Assembly: GCA_964019335.1 (NCBI GenBank) | Contig: OZ025717.1 | Coordinates: 124,001 to 188,000, forward strand | DNA from: Diplonema japonicum | Taxonomy: Eukaryota; Protista; Euglenozoa: Diplonemea | Length of the DNA stretch: 64,000 bases | Reading direction: 5' to 3' | Part shown: positions 22,022 through 32,854 of the stretch, in pieces | How positions within the stretch are numbered: the stretch's first letter is position 1 | Layout: every line of letters begins with the position of its first letter | The notes under the pieces: model-generated | What the model saw: only the letters and a program-made list of their open reading frames with translations | Told to the model about the DNA's origin: nothing | Databases searched by the model: none | Translations under genes and position numbers: made by a program

Positions 22022-23776
22022 CTACAGGATAGTCGAGCTTGGCTGCGACTCTAGCAGGACAGGGGAGGCGGGGGTGGAGGGGGAATCTGCCTTGGCGGGG
22101 GGGAGGGAAGCTGTTCGACCGAAGATAAAACTGTTTTTAACCTGCCATTCAGGAGAGGAGAACGTACGGCTGACAGAAAGGAGGTCTTCTTTGTTCTCAT
22201 CTGTCTCGTCCTTTTCGTCATCTGACTCTACAGTAGTCTGCGACACGATAGTACCATTGAGGAGGAGAGGTGAAGCTGTGGGTGAGGCTGGGGACATGAC
22301 GGACAACGGCGACTCTATGGCTGGCGGGAGTTCAACAAAAGACAGATTAGTAAGGTCGGAAGGAAGGGTAGACACCATCGGTGTGCCCGCTATTCTTTTT
22401 TTCTTGGGCCTCCCTGCATCTAACAAGCGTTCCAGCTCTTCTACTTGTGTCTTCGCTGACTCAAGCTCGGAAAGCTGCTCTGCCGTCAACTCCTGCGAGT
22501 CATTGTCAGAGGGATCAATCAAAGGAGGCGGACGAATGACGCCCTTTGCATCCTCCCTTAAAGGTTCTTCAGAAGGAGACACAACAGTGACCTTTGCCTT
22601 TCTGATGAGCTTTCGTGTCGCGTAGAGCGCATGGGAACATCTCCGCCAAGCGCTGTTAAACGCACGGGATTTAAGCAGCATTTTAGGAAGTTTATCAGGT
22701 GGTTGGATGGTGACACTTGGCTTGGGGTGGTCCTCGGGAGTAGGTGGCGCGTTAAGAAAGTCCCAACCAGATACTGCACCGTTTATAAAGCAGGTAACCC
22801 AACTCCATGTCACCCTCAAGAAAGGGTATATTGGGGGAAGGATGATTCGGCCTGATGCGATGAAGAGAGTAACTGTGACGAATACCACAGCAACAGTCGC
22901 TGCAAGGCGTTTGAAGTTCCCGACACGCTGGGCTTCTTGCAAGACTTTGATTTCTTTTTGGTAGGTGTTGATGCGTTTCTTCATTTGTTCCTGTTTCGCA
23001 AGCTTTTCTTCTTTTATCTTTTCGATCTCTCTGGCCTTGGCTTCTTCCTGTTTCATGCGCTGCACGCACCCCACCGCGTCCCGATACTCCGAGTTGATTT
23101 GGATGAACTTCTTCAAGTATATCTCCCACAATGCCTCCGTCAGCTCTTCCAGACCATCCTTCACCTTCAACTGCAAGACCTTCGGGAAGGTTTCCCGCAG
23201 ACGTTCTGTGAGAACTTGCGATAGCGGTTTGACCTTTTCATGCAAACGGTGATAATCAGAGAGGAGCAACAGAGGCGGAGATGATAAGGAAAGGGACGCC
23301 ACCCAATCAGTCAAATTGGAAATCGGATCCTCATTAAGTTTGTATGAGATGTGCGTGCGGGGTGTTAGGTTGAACATCCAGTCAAACACCGACCTCGCTA
23401 CTATTATCTTCTTCCCTGGTGTGAAGAAACTTTTTGTGTTCTCAACCACGAGGTTCCCGTCTTTTGCAGCGCTGTCCAGCACGAAGCACCAGTACACGCT
23501 CCGGGGGGAGACTTCAAGCCAGTTTTCGTTGTTGATGACCCGTTCTAAGTACTTGTTTTCCCATTCTCCGCAGATCGTGCTTTCATGTTCGTCTATGTCT
23601 ACGTTTTGCATAAGAGCTTTCACCACACCCTTCGCCTCCCCACCCCATACCCCTACTGTCATCGTGTTTGCCCCTTCCGTCACCAAGCTCATCGTCTTCT
23701 TCGGGTCCTCGTCACACCCTCCCCACGGTGCTCCTGCGACTGCTAGTATCCCACACAGAACTAGCGGGCCATACAT
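22022..23776 (-). CDS. Hypothetical type I membrane protein with coiled coil
   Basis: Signal-peptide-like N-terminus, coiled coil, TM LAATVAVVFVTVTLFIA, Ser/Pro-rich tail. Confidence 0.7.
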   Translation of the reverse strand: MYGPLVLCGILAVAGAPWGGCDEDPKKTMSLVTEGANTMTVGVWGGEAKGVVKALMQNVDIDEHESTICGEWENKYLERVINNENWLEVSPRSVYWCFVLDSAAKDGNLVVENTKSFFTPGKKIIVARSVFDWMFNLTPRTHISYKLNEDPISNLTDWVASLSLSSPPLLLLSDYHRLHEKVKPLSQVLTERLRETFPKVLQLKVKDGLEELTEALWEIYLKKFIQINSEYRDAVGCVQRMKQEEAKAREIEKIKEEKLAKQEQMKKRINTYQKEIKVLQEAQRVGNFKRLAATVAVVFVTVTLFIASGRIILPPIYPFLRVTWSWVTCFINGAVSGWDFLNAPPTPEDHPKPSVTIQPPDKLPKMLLKSRAFNSAWRRCSHALYATRKLIRKAKVTVVSPSEEPLREDAKGVIRPPPLIDPSDNDSQELTAEQLSELESAKTQVEELERLLDAGRPKKKRIAGTPMVSTLPSDLTNLSFVELPPAIESPLSVMSPASPTASPLLLNGTIVSQTTVESDDEKDETDENKEDLLSVSRTFSSPEWQVKNSFIFGRTASLPPAKADSPSTPASPVLLESQPSSTIL

Positions 23777-24059
23777 TATCTTTCACCCCCCCCGACTGTT
23801 GTGGGTGTGAGTTTGTGCAGAGGGAATGTTTTCAAAAACAAAAAAAAAAAAGAAGAAGAAGAAGAAGAAGGGGGGAAATCAGGCAGGTCTCACTCCTCCC
23901 GAAGAGAACACGAAAAACGATATGGCCCTTTTCACAGGTACGCGAAAAAAGAAAATTGCACATTGGAAGGAAAAAAAAAGGGGGATGCGAGTGAAGAAAT
24001 CGAAGCCGCTGCGCTCCGAATGTTGTCATCTTCGCGTGAGGAACGTTGTTAATTAAGGA

Positions 24060-24093
24060 TGAGGATGCCTAGGGCTTGAGGATGCCTAGGGCT
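24060..24093. repeat. Perfect 17-bp tandem duplication
   Basis: TGAGGATGCCTAGGGCT twice, downstream of the cathepsin D gene. Confidence 0.9.
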
Positions 24094-24228
24094 GGGGAGG
24101 GGTGGAGAACGGGCTCCCTCCGCATCTGCGCATGAACCAAAGCGGTATGGAGATGTGTGCGCGAAAGAACCTGCACGGAGTGCGGTCCTATTTTTCGTAA
24201 TTTACGTTGAGGGTGGGAATGGTGTTGT

Positions 24229-25404
24229 CTAGTGCTTGGCGAGGGCGAAGCCGACCCTGTTGTTTGCCATGTCGAAGGTGGTGTAGTACTTCCTCATGAA
24301 GACGTCTCCGAGGATGGCGCCGAGGTGCTCTGGGAGGGCGGGCATGCCCATGATGCCGCTGATGCACTGGGTGGGCTGGCCCTCCTGCTGGATCTGGAGG
24401 ATGTAGTCGGAGGCGTCGAGGGTGTAGGGCTTTCCATCGATGGTGACGGTCATGACGGGGAGCTTGTTGAAGTCGGGGCAGGCCTCGAAGACGCACTCCA
24501 GCCCGTAGTCCTGGCAGCCGAGCTGCTTGTTCATCTCGACCGCTTTCCCGAGGGGGAAGGCGAGGAGCGAGGTCCCCGAGTCCACGACTGCCTGGAAGTT
24601 GCTGTTCACGGTGGCGTTCCCGAAGGTGAGCTTCTGCGCCGCGATCTGCCAGTAGCCGTCCTTCGTCACGTTCGTGTAGGTGAAGGAGCCGGTGAAGTGG
24701 TCCGCGTCCACCCCGCCCAGGGCCAGCTCGCTCAGCCCCTTCCCGGGGGTCGCCGACAGGTAGAAGCTGAACTGTCCCGCCTCCACCTCCTTCTGCTCCA
24801 TCAAGGTCTGGAAGACAGGGGTGATCTTGTTCACGGAGATCTCCTTCCACCCCATTCCGAGGATCCCGTCGAAGCGCCCCACCAGCCACGGCAGACCCGG
24901 CTCCTTCGTCGTCTCCGCGAAGATCTGGTTCTGCGCCTTCAAATAGCCGAAGGTCACGAGGTCCTGGTCGCACACCCCCTCCACCGCCCCGGACCCGTAC
25001 AGGATCGAGAACTTCGTCCCGTTCGCCACGTAAGTCGTTGACGCCGTGTGGTCGTACTTCTTGTGCACGCACCCGGTGCAGTTCTTCCCCGGCACCCACA
25101 GGTTGCTCGACCCCGTGTCGTAGATCACCTTGAAGTTCTGCAGCGGCGTCCCGATCGCCACGGGCCCGTAGTACTGCGCGTTCATGTAGTCCGTGATCGG
25201 CACCACAGGCACCGCTGTCGCAGACGGCGCGTACTTCACTCCCAGCTTCAGCTGCTCCCCCGCAAGCACCTTCCCGCTCTGCATCACCTCCGACAGAGGA
25301 CGACCGCTGCGACCGAAGATCCCGATCTCCCTCTCCAGCGGGATCTTGTGCAGGGCGCTGCTCCCCCCGGCAAGGGCAAGCAGAAGCATGCAGACAGTCC
25401 TCAT
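24229..25404 (-). CDS. Cathepsin D-like aspartic protease (peptidase A1)
   Basis: Signal peptide, DYMNAQYYG, catalytic DTGSSNLW and DSGTS, FDGILGM, ILGDVF; very high GC3. Confidence 0.96.
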   Translation of the reverse strand: MRTVCMLLLALAGGSSALHKIPLEREIGIFGRSGRPLSEVMQSGKVLAGEQLKLGVKYAPSATAVPVVPITDYMNAQYYGPVAIGTPLQNFKVIYDTGSSNLWVPGKNCTGCVHKKYDHTASTTYVANGTKFSILYGSGAVEGVCDQDLVTFGYLKAQNQIFAETTKEPGLPWLVGRFDGILGMGWKEISVNKITPVFQTLMEQKEVEAGQFSFYLSATPGKGLSELALGGVDADHFTGSFTYTNVTKDGYWQIAAQKLTFGNATVNSNFQAVVDSGTSLLAFPLGKAVEMNKQLGCQDYGLECVFEACPDFNKLPVMTVTIDGKPYTLDASDYILQIQQEGQPTQCISGIMGMPALPEHLGAILGDVFMRKYYTTFDMANNRVGFALAKH

Positions 25405-25718
25405 CTTTTGTTTTTTTTTTCCCCTGAAGTGTTGTCACTTCTGCGGGACAGAACTCCAACATAAGCACAGTTGCGACCAAAGAGGCAAACAGAAGGGGTG
25501 GGGCATATGTCATGGGTTGGTAGGCATCGGAGGAAGCTGAACAGGGCAAAAAAAAAAAAGAAGAAAAATAAAAAATAAACCCAAAAAAGCTTGGTATTGT
25601 TTTGTTTTTTTTTTTTTTTTTTTTGCTTTCCTTCATTTTTTTTTTCTTTCTCAGCCCAGAGAGAGAACCCGACCCCGGGATTCATAACTCTATAGGTGTG
25701 GGAAAAGGGGAGTGAACC

Positions 25719-25753
<35 letters not shown>

Positions 25754-25887
25754 CTGGAAAAAGAAGAAGAAAAAAAACACACTGATGACAATAAAGTAAA
25801 ATAAGGAGAAAGAAAAAAGAAAAAAAAAACTTACCATTTCCTTTTTAATACTACGAAACAAAGAACATTCTGATACCACTTCCATCA

Positions 25888-25962
25888 TCATGCGCTGTTG
25901 GCACTGTAGCGCGCGCTGCAGGCTTTCTCTCTCAAACGGGGGATCTCCTCGTTGATAAGCTG

Positions 25963-25997
<35 letters not shown>

Positions 25998-27441
25998 CAA
26001 TATCCTTCTTGTCAGTTCAACATACCCTTTCAAGGCTCTGAACTTGGCGCTGGTTAACCTTCGGGAGGGAAGAGAGCTCCTTTTCGCTGAGCTTCTGCAC
26101 GATTTCATCCTTGATAGTAGAGTACCTCGACAAGACGTCCTAAGGAGTTTACCCCCCCTTTAATTTCTCCTCTCCATACCTGGTCCTGGGAGTTGGGGAC
26201 CTCCGTCTTCACAATCTGGTCAATCTCAGCAATCAGGTTCTGCTGGAACTTCTGCAGGTATTTCCTTGCAGAAAACTCCGCAACACCAGCACAGGTAAGC
26301 GACACCGCAGTGCCGGCCACAATGGTGGGCCACGCTTGGGAAGCAACACAAGCAGAGATCGCCCCCACAGTCGTGAGGGTAATACCAGCCCTAAGCTGGG
26401 TCTTCGTGCTCTTGTACCTCCTACGCAGCACATTGGAAACCTTGGCGGTAATTTGGGTCTTCACACACACTTCCTTCAGGGAGGTCAGCAGATTGTCCAT
26501 CCTCCTGTCCGGCGCTCTGAGCGCCTGCGCCACGACCTCCTCCCTCGTAACCTCGAACCTCTCGATGGGCAGCCCGGAGCCCTCCTTCACGATCATGCCC
26601 GGTGCGCACATTGTGTGGATTTTAGGGATGTCCTTCTTGGGGATCACCTTCGACAAGTTCCAGCACAGCGCCCCGTAGGCACGTGCGAAGTCGGTAACGT
26701 TGTCGAACTGGTCGACCTTGTTCATCACAAGGAGGAATTTGTGGTCGAGGTCTGTGGCGGTGAGTGGGAATGTGTAGGGGGCAACAACATACCAGCAAGA
26801 GAGTTGGTGAGGACGTCGAGTGTCTCACCCGTGGTGCCCGGGTTGGCGGGGTCAAAGAGGAGAAGGATCACGTCCGCACGCTCGGCAAACCACCTGGTTG
26901 CCTTCAGCAGGTCGTACCCCCTGTCGTTGTTGCTGGAACCCTTTTGCGGGGACCCAATGTTCCCTGGGGAATCCACAAGGACAAGTCCCTGGGGGACCTT
27001 GGTCTTATGGTCCATTTTGCGTACCTTCAGCTTGAGGTGGCTGACCAGGGCGGGTCCGAACCTGGAGAGGTCCTGGAAACCGTGGCTGGGAGTGCCAACG
27101 AGGGTAGGGCCGTCCTCGTCAGCGGACACATCACCCCTCATGATGAGAGTGAAGCCGTCGTCGGTGGGTGCGACACCTGTCTCCTGCACAGAGGCGCCGA
27201 CAAGGTTGTTGATGAAAGTGCTCTTCCCAGCGGAGTGGTTGCCCAGGAGCAGAACCATAGGGGTCTTGGGGCGGTTCTCTAGGGGGCCACCGAACTTGTT
27301 CCAGTGGTCCAAAGGCTTCACGATGTCAGTGGCGGCCTGGTTCACAGCCCTCTCGATCTCCGCGGTAATCTTAATTTGCTCCGCCGATATGGTGGAGCAG
27401 AACCTGACCACCCTCCCCTTCAGCATCGATCTTCTCATCAT
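25888..27441 (-). CDS. EHD/sarcalumenin-like dynamin-superfamily GTPase with a TM hairpin; 4 exons
   Basis: GNHSAGKSTFIN, TGVAPTDDGFT, DSPG, RGYD, NKVD, YGALCWNL. Introns 26752-26792, 26140-26179 and 25960-26025 join two ORF-track fragments and add ...SLERLINEEIPRL...*. Confidence 0.88.
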
Positions 27442-27529
27442 GATGACCCCTGCCCCCTGTGTTGTGCAAGTAGGGAAGAAAAAGAAGAGAAAGAGAAAAA
27501 AAAAACACAGGTACAGGTACAAAAGGTAT

Positions 27530-28096
27530 TTATAACACATATGGGTAGTCGTCCTCCACGCACCACTCATCGACGTGAGGTGTCAGGTCGAAGGGAGGCC
27601 GTCTCTCCAAGGCTTTGCGATGCAGAGTTTCTTTCGTGGAATTCAGCTCTTTTTGCAAGGCTTTATTCCTGTGAAAGGATTCCACAGCTTCCAGATTTTT
27701 AATTTTTTTCCGTTCGGCGGCGCGCATTTTTTGTTGCACCTCGAGCCTTTCGCAGAAGCTTTCTTCTTGTCTCAATTGTTTTCTCACTCTGTCCTTGGCC
27801 GCCTTCTCGCTCAACCACGTTTTGTAAGGGCTCGCGTGGGGGTGTGACAACTGTTTCCTGATTGTCCCTTGGAGCTTTGTTAGGATTCTCCGCCCGAGGA
27901 TCTTAGCCATTACTGTCTCACTCCTTTGCACAGCTTGCAACAATTGCGGGATAGTGCCTATGCCTTTCGATAGCAGCTCTCTTTTGACCCTTCGGATCTT
28001 TCTGCCTACATCCTGCTCAGGGAGGCCTTCGGCCGAAACAAGAGCCACCACAACGTCCGGCACCGTCGTGCCTGCAAGACTGAATTCGCAGCTCAT
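27530..28096 (-). CDS. Hypothetical protein, 188 aa
   Basis: Open frame with a possibly SAM-like N-half (LLSKGIGTIPQL...ILGRRIL) and a charged helix. Confidence 0.7.
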   Translation of the reverse strand: MSCEFSLAGTTVPDVVVALVSAEGLPEQDVGRKIRRVKRELLSKGIGTIPQLLQAVQRSETVMAKILGRRILTKLQGTIRKQLSHPHASPYKTWLSEKAAKDRVRKQLRQEESFCERLEVQQKMRAAERKKIKNLEAVESFHRNKALQKELNSTKETLHRKALERRPPFDLTPHVDEWCVEDDYPYVL

Positions 28097-28733
28097 GGGT
28101 TCCCTTCCCCTCCCTCACTCCCCCGTTCTTTTTTTCTTTTCAACGGAAACAAAACAAAAAAAAAAAAAAAAAAAAGAATTGTCACGAAGAGAGCAAAGGA
28201 AGAAGTAAAAAAAAAAAAAAAAAAATCACACATAATTTCTATCATCCAGACCCATCTTGAGTGCATCGAAAAGAACAAAACGAGGGGGTGGGGGATGGGG
28301 AGACAGTAGTTAGTCCTTTGGATTTGCTTCTAATTTCTTAGGCAAAAAGACCAAGTTAACGAAACTTTTTTTTAAATTTAGAAAATTCGGGCCTTGTAAA
28401 ATTTTCCGCAAATCGTTTTTCTTTTATTTCTCTCGGCATCATCAAGATGGGTCTGGACCTCTCTTCCTCCCCCCCCCCCCCCCCTCCTTCCCAAAATAGG
28501 GAAAACAAAGGGAAAAATACACAAAAAAGATAGAAAAAGTATTCTATGTGAGTTCCTCTTTCCACCCCCCCCCCCCCCCCCTCTTGATCGGACTTTCGAG
28601 GTTTTCCTCCCCCCCCCCCCCCCTTATAAAAGTTCTCATAGCTTCGGGGTTTAATCATGCGAAAGTACCGCAGAGTCCCCTGAACTGATAATGACGATCC
28701 CACCAGCAATGGAAAGCAGCAGCACGATCAGAT

Positions 28734-29786
28734 TTAAGTGGTCAAAACCTGAAGCTCTTCTTCGCTGGCTTCAATGTCATCGGTGTAGCCCGTCCCCGTT
28801 TCGCTGCGCGGGGAGGCCATCAGATTTTGCGAAAGCTCCGAAAGGTACCCCGAGGTGTTGATGAGGACGAACCCGAGCAGCACCAAAACGGCCCCCGAGA
28901 GGTAGGGCAGCGAAAAGCTTCGCGACGAGACCAACACATCGGAGAGCATGCCGAAGGGTATCGTGAGGGACAAGCCCAGCGTGGCCACAACGGGGGATGT
29001 GAGAAGCACAGCTTGCGCCCAAAGAACATCACTGATATTAGTACCGATGATGGCGTTAACGGAGAGGAGGCAAAACGTGTGTAATGAGGGGATCTCAAGC
29101 GTCTCATACCCAAACACATGGAGACAATAAAGCAAGGGCGCTCCTGCAGCCATAGTAACGGCCCCAACGTACCCGAAAAAGATCGGCATTTTGACGGTGT
29201 TCGGGAGTTTCAACCTCAACATGACAGTGTACCCTGCGTGGCAGCAGGCGGCAAAGAGTGCCAGACCGTCACCAACATGACCAGAAATCTCATTCTGGGT
29301 CCCTGGATGTTCAGCAGAGGCTACCAATGCTACACCAGACAGTGTCAGGAGAACAGCAACAATCTTCACCACACCGATTTCCTCGTTAAGTACAATGCTT
29401 GACAGAACCATTGTCCACAGTGAGGAGGTGTTCGATAAGATGCTGTTGGAAGCCACAGACGAAACTGTAAGGGATAGATTGAAGGCGTAGTTAGCGGTGA
29501 ACCAAATAGGTGAAAACAGGCAGGCGGCTCTTAAGTATACCCGCCATCCGTGGAACCCTTCTCCTGGTATAGGTCTTCCCCCGAGACATTCAGGGAGCTC
29601 AGCCCTCCACTCCTCCCAACAGCAGCCTCCCATCAACCACAACGAAAAGCCGCACGTGTTAAAATACGTAAGAAACACCGGCTTGTCGTACTCCCGGTCG
29701 AAGATCTCTTTTATCAAATGCGACGCGCTCACCCATATCATGGAGACGAGCACCAACAGTACAATCCCCAGTGCATAGGCTTTCAT
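28734..29786 (-). CDS. SLC35F5-like DMT/EamA transporter
   Basis: YALGIVLLVLVSMIWVSAS, YDKPVFLTY, WFTANY, TVSSVASNSILSNTSSLWT, LTSPVVATLGLSLTIP. Confidence 0.9.
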   Translation of the reverse strand: MKAYALGIVLLVLVSMIWVSASHLIKEIFDREYDKPVFLTYFNTCGFSLWLMGGCCWEEWRAELPECLGGRPIPGEGFHGWRVYLRAACLFSPIWFTANYAFNLSLTVSSVASNSILSNTSSLWTMVLSSIVLNEEIGVVKIVAVLLTLSGVALVASAEHPGTQNEISGHVGDGLALFAACCHAGYTVMLRLKLPNTVKMPIFFGYVGAVTMAAGAPLLYCLHVFGYETLEIPSLHTFCLLSVNAIIGTNISDVLWAQAVLLTSPVVATLGLSLTIPFGMLSDVLVSSRSFSLPYLSGAVLVLLGFVLINTSGYLSELSQNLMASPRSETGTGYTDDIEASEEELQVLTT

Positions 29787-30105
29787 TTTTTTCTCATGGC
29801 ACCTGTTTTTTTTTTTTTTTTTTTTTTTTTTTCTCTCCCGGTGTGGAAGGTAACAAGAAGAAAGTAAGAAAAGGAAAAGGAAGAAAAAAAACCCCATACA
29901 CCACAAACTGTTACCTCACCCCCTACTTTTTTATATTTGTTGTGAAATCGTTCATTCCCCCGTTTTTTTCCCCCCCCCATATGTTTATCCTCCCTTCCAC
30001 GAAGGGTATTCATTTTGTTCTTCTTTTTTTTTTCATTCTTTTTTTTTTTGGAGTTGCCGTAAAAAGTGTAACGAACAAACGAACTTCTTATTAAAAAAAA
30101 AATAT

Positions 30106-31496
30106 GGGTCGATTTCAAAAAAAACCCCCCCCAAATGAGGCCAATTGACACTTTCGTTGCATCTTTGGGCATGCCATCCCCTTTAAAAAAATTTCTCCAT
30201 ATTTCCCGGCCCATATTAGGAAAGAACCCGGGTCAGAAATCGCTCAAGAGTGCTATTTTGACCTATGAAAAATTCAGTTTTAGGGTCAAAATCGGGTTTT
30301 AGTGGTTTTGGTAAAGTCAGAGAGTATGCTTTCAATAGCAAGATAGCGGAACTCACTACTAGAAGGTGGCTGAAATGATGTTGGAAGTGGAAACCTTCAT
30401 TTCCTAGTCTTTTCAAGTCCGGGAAGGCTATCAGGAACGTCCTCATACTCATCACAAGATTCATAGACTGGGGGCCTTTTCTCTGCCCTGTCTGCATCGA
30501 GTTCTTTGATGATGTACTTTAGTTCCTTCTAGCTCGTGGACGCGCACGTAGCAATACACCCTCCGTGTGCTCCTGAGCTCATATGCACCTGTAAAATCCG
30601 GAAACTCAAGAATTTTCTTTTTGTACGGGCCAAAGACATCAGGAACTACATGCACGGCGCACTGTATCGTATTGATGATGTTAGCTATTTGTTCCACAGT
30701 TTTAATTGTTGTGGAATGAGGCACCCAAAGCCAAACAAGAGAGCACACCAAAGTGGCTGTCCCTGCTGTTTTTGCCGTGTTTCTCCCCCAGAAACCACAG
30801 GGAAAACGTCCGATCAGGATAGACATAACGAAGACCAAAAAGAACAAAGTAGCAAAATTCCTTTGCACGAAAGTGACACCCACCGTCAGTCCAGAGTATC
30901 CACTCTATTTCTTTCTTTATTTTTTTCTGTGACCATGCTACTGTGGAACAAGTCTTTTCCAACAGTAAGGCCAGCTGCCCTTATTTCATCATGTGTGATG
31001 TGGTCAAGCCTCATGCCTCTGACCAATTGGCGCCGTGTGGTGTCTTGTTGGCAACCAGAAAATGATAGCAGAAGTGCCGCTAAAAGTTCCCCTTTACACA
31101 CTACGTCACAAACTAGTGCAGCACAGTCGTTGCCACTGAGCTCCTGAAGAACCTCTGTGGCGAGTGTCCTGATCGCCGAGGTGTTCCCATTTACCCTTTC
31201 TCGGTCCGAATACCATTTTTTTTTACCCCTAGCTTCTCAACTGCAAGTTTAAAAGCATCCATTTTTGTCACCCCCTCTTTTACTGAATTTGTGCAAAGTG
31301 AAAAAACCCATTTTTGCCCCTAGGACTGAATTTTTTGGGTACTAGTAACACTCACTTTCCAATTTTCTGGGGTGTTTTTTTTCCTAACCTGGGCCGGGAA
31401 AGTTGTAGAATTTTTTTTCTTTGGAAAAAAGAACTTAGAGAAATATTGAAAGTGTCAATTGGCCTCATTTTTTTTGGGGGGTTTTGAAACGATGCC
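30106..31496 (-). mobile_element. Sola-like (probably Sola2-type) DNA transposon relic
   Basis: 4-bp TSD ATAT (30102-30105 and 31497-31500), GG...CC termini, long imperfect TIRs with the perfect core AAATGAGGCCAATTGACACTTTC. Broken ORFs contain LWTDGGCHFR and FLGEKHGKNSRDSHFG. Confidence 0.75.
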
Positions 31497-31580
31497 ATAT
31501 ATAAAAAAAGAGAAAACGGACGGAAGATCGAAGGTGCTACCTAGAGACAGATTGCTGGTAAATACTTCATGTTGCAGCTT

Positions 31581-32216
31581 TCAGAGACCGAGGGCGGACT
31601 TCGCACCAGCGAAGGACTCCTTGTAGCCCTTGACATCTGAGGTGAGCCTCTCGAGGTACTTCAGGATGTTGGGGTAAGGGGCGAGGGTCTCGGGACCCAC
31701 CCAAGCCAGTTGGTCCACCTCGGGGGCGAACAGGAAGTCGGCAAGGGTGAGCTTGTCACCAAGGAGGTAATTCTGCTTCCCGAGCGTCTCATTGTAGGAC
31801 TCAAGCTGCGGCTTGATGACAACGAGGCCCGCCTGCGTCTTCTCAGCGTCCTTCGCAAAGAGGTGCGCGAAGATCACCTCAGTGGAGAACTTCCTCACCT
31901 GCGAGTAGTGGCGTCCGAAGTACTCGTTCAGCCTCGCCTCCTCCTTCGGGCACCCTGGCTTCAGAGTCTCGTCCCCTTGGACCACGTGCTTCAGAATCGC
32001 CAGCGACTCCGCAAAGCAGAACCCGTCTTCCATCTCGAACCCAGGCACCTGGTGCTGCGGGAACTTCGCCACGTACTCTGCGGCCTTCTGCTCCCCGCCC
32101 AGCACATCCACCACCTTCCTCTCCACAGCAGTGTTGTCGCTGTAGTCCAGGTACCACTGCACAGAGCGGCAGGGCTGCGAAACAGGGTGGCCGTACAAGA
32201 TACCGGTGGCGGGCAT
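31581..32216 (-). CDS. Glutathione S-transferase, theta-like (copy A)
   Basis: YGHPVSQPCRSV, QVPGF, ESLAIL, YLLGDKLTLAD. Confidence 0.93.
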   Translation of the reverse strand: MPATGILYGHPVSQPCRSVQWYLDYSDNTAVERKVVDVLGGEQKAAEYVAKFPQHQVPGFEMEDGFCFAESLAILKHVVQGDETLKPGCPKEEARLNEYFGRHYSQVRKFSTEVIFAHLFAKDAEKTQAGLVVIKPQLESYNETLGKQNYLLGDKLTLADFLFAPEVDQLAWVGPETLAPYPNILKYLERLTSDVKGYKESFAGAKSALGL

Positions 32217-32854
32217 TTTGTTTAGTTTTGTGTGGTGTTCACCTAATAAAAGAATACTAAATGGAGGGGCATTAGGAATAATAATAATAAGAGAAAAACC
32301 ACAAACACGGCAAACCAAAGAAGGCTGGCAAGTAGCGATAAAGGCTGGGGCCAGTCAAACAAAGAACAGCGGGAGGGTGAAAAACTTTTTCGAAGTTACC
32401 GTAGATGGTGGAAATATGCCGCTTAGTCGCCGTGAACGGTGGAAGTCAAAAGCGGATACTTTGAAACTAGTTTTGATGGATATGAAATATTCAAGTTGCC
32501 GTAAACAACAGGAAAAAAGAAAATATCCAAGTTACCGTAAAGAAAGGTTAAAACAAAATGGGGTAAAGAGTTCGATGGAAAATCCAAAACTCGCGTACCG
32601 AGTTTGTAGTTTTTTTCTCTAAATAATAATAACAACGCACAACAACAAACAAGCCGTGTCGCCGGGCACCCGAATGGCACGGCCGCCGACACGGCACCGT
32701 GGGCGGGGAGGGAAAAAGGGAAGGGAGGGGAAAGGGGAAGGGAGGGGAAAGGGTTGCTCGAAGACGCACCCGAAAAGGGGACTAATCAAGCACTTTCATC
32801 ACATAAAAAAAGAAAAGTGAAGAAAGATCTCAACTCGGAGAAACAGAATTCCTA

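Noticed and set aside
28630-28690. TPP-riboswitch-like or AGA-snoRNA-like hairpin after the SLC35F gene
   Set aside because: Lacks UGAGA and the CUGAU..UAAU..GCG half; the spacing to AGA is too long for a guide pocket.
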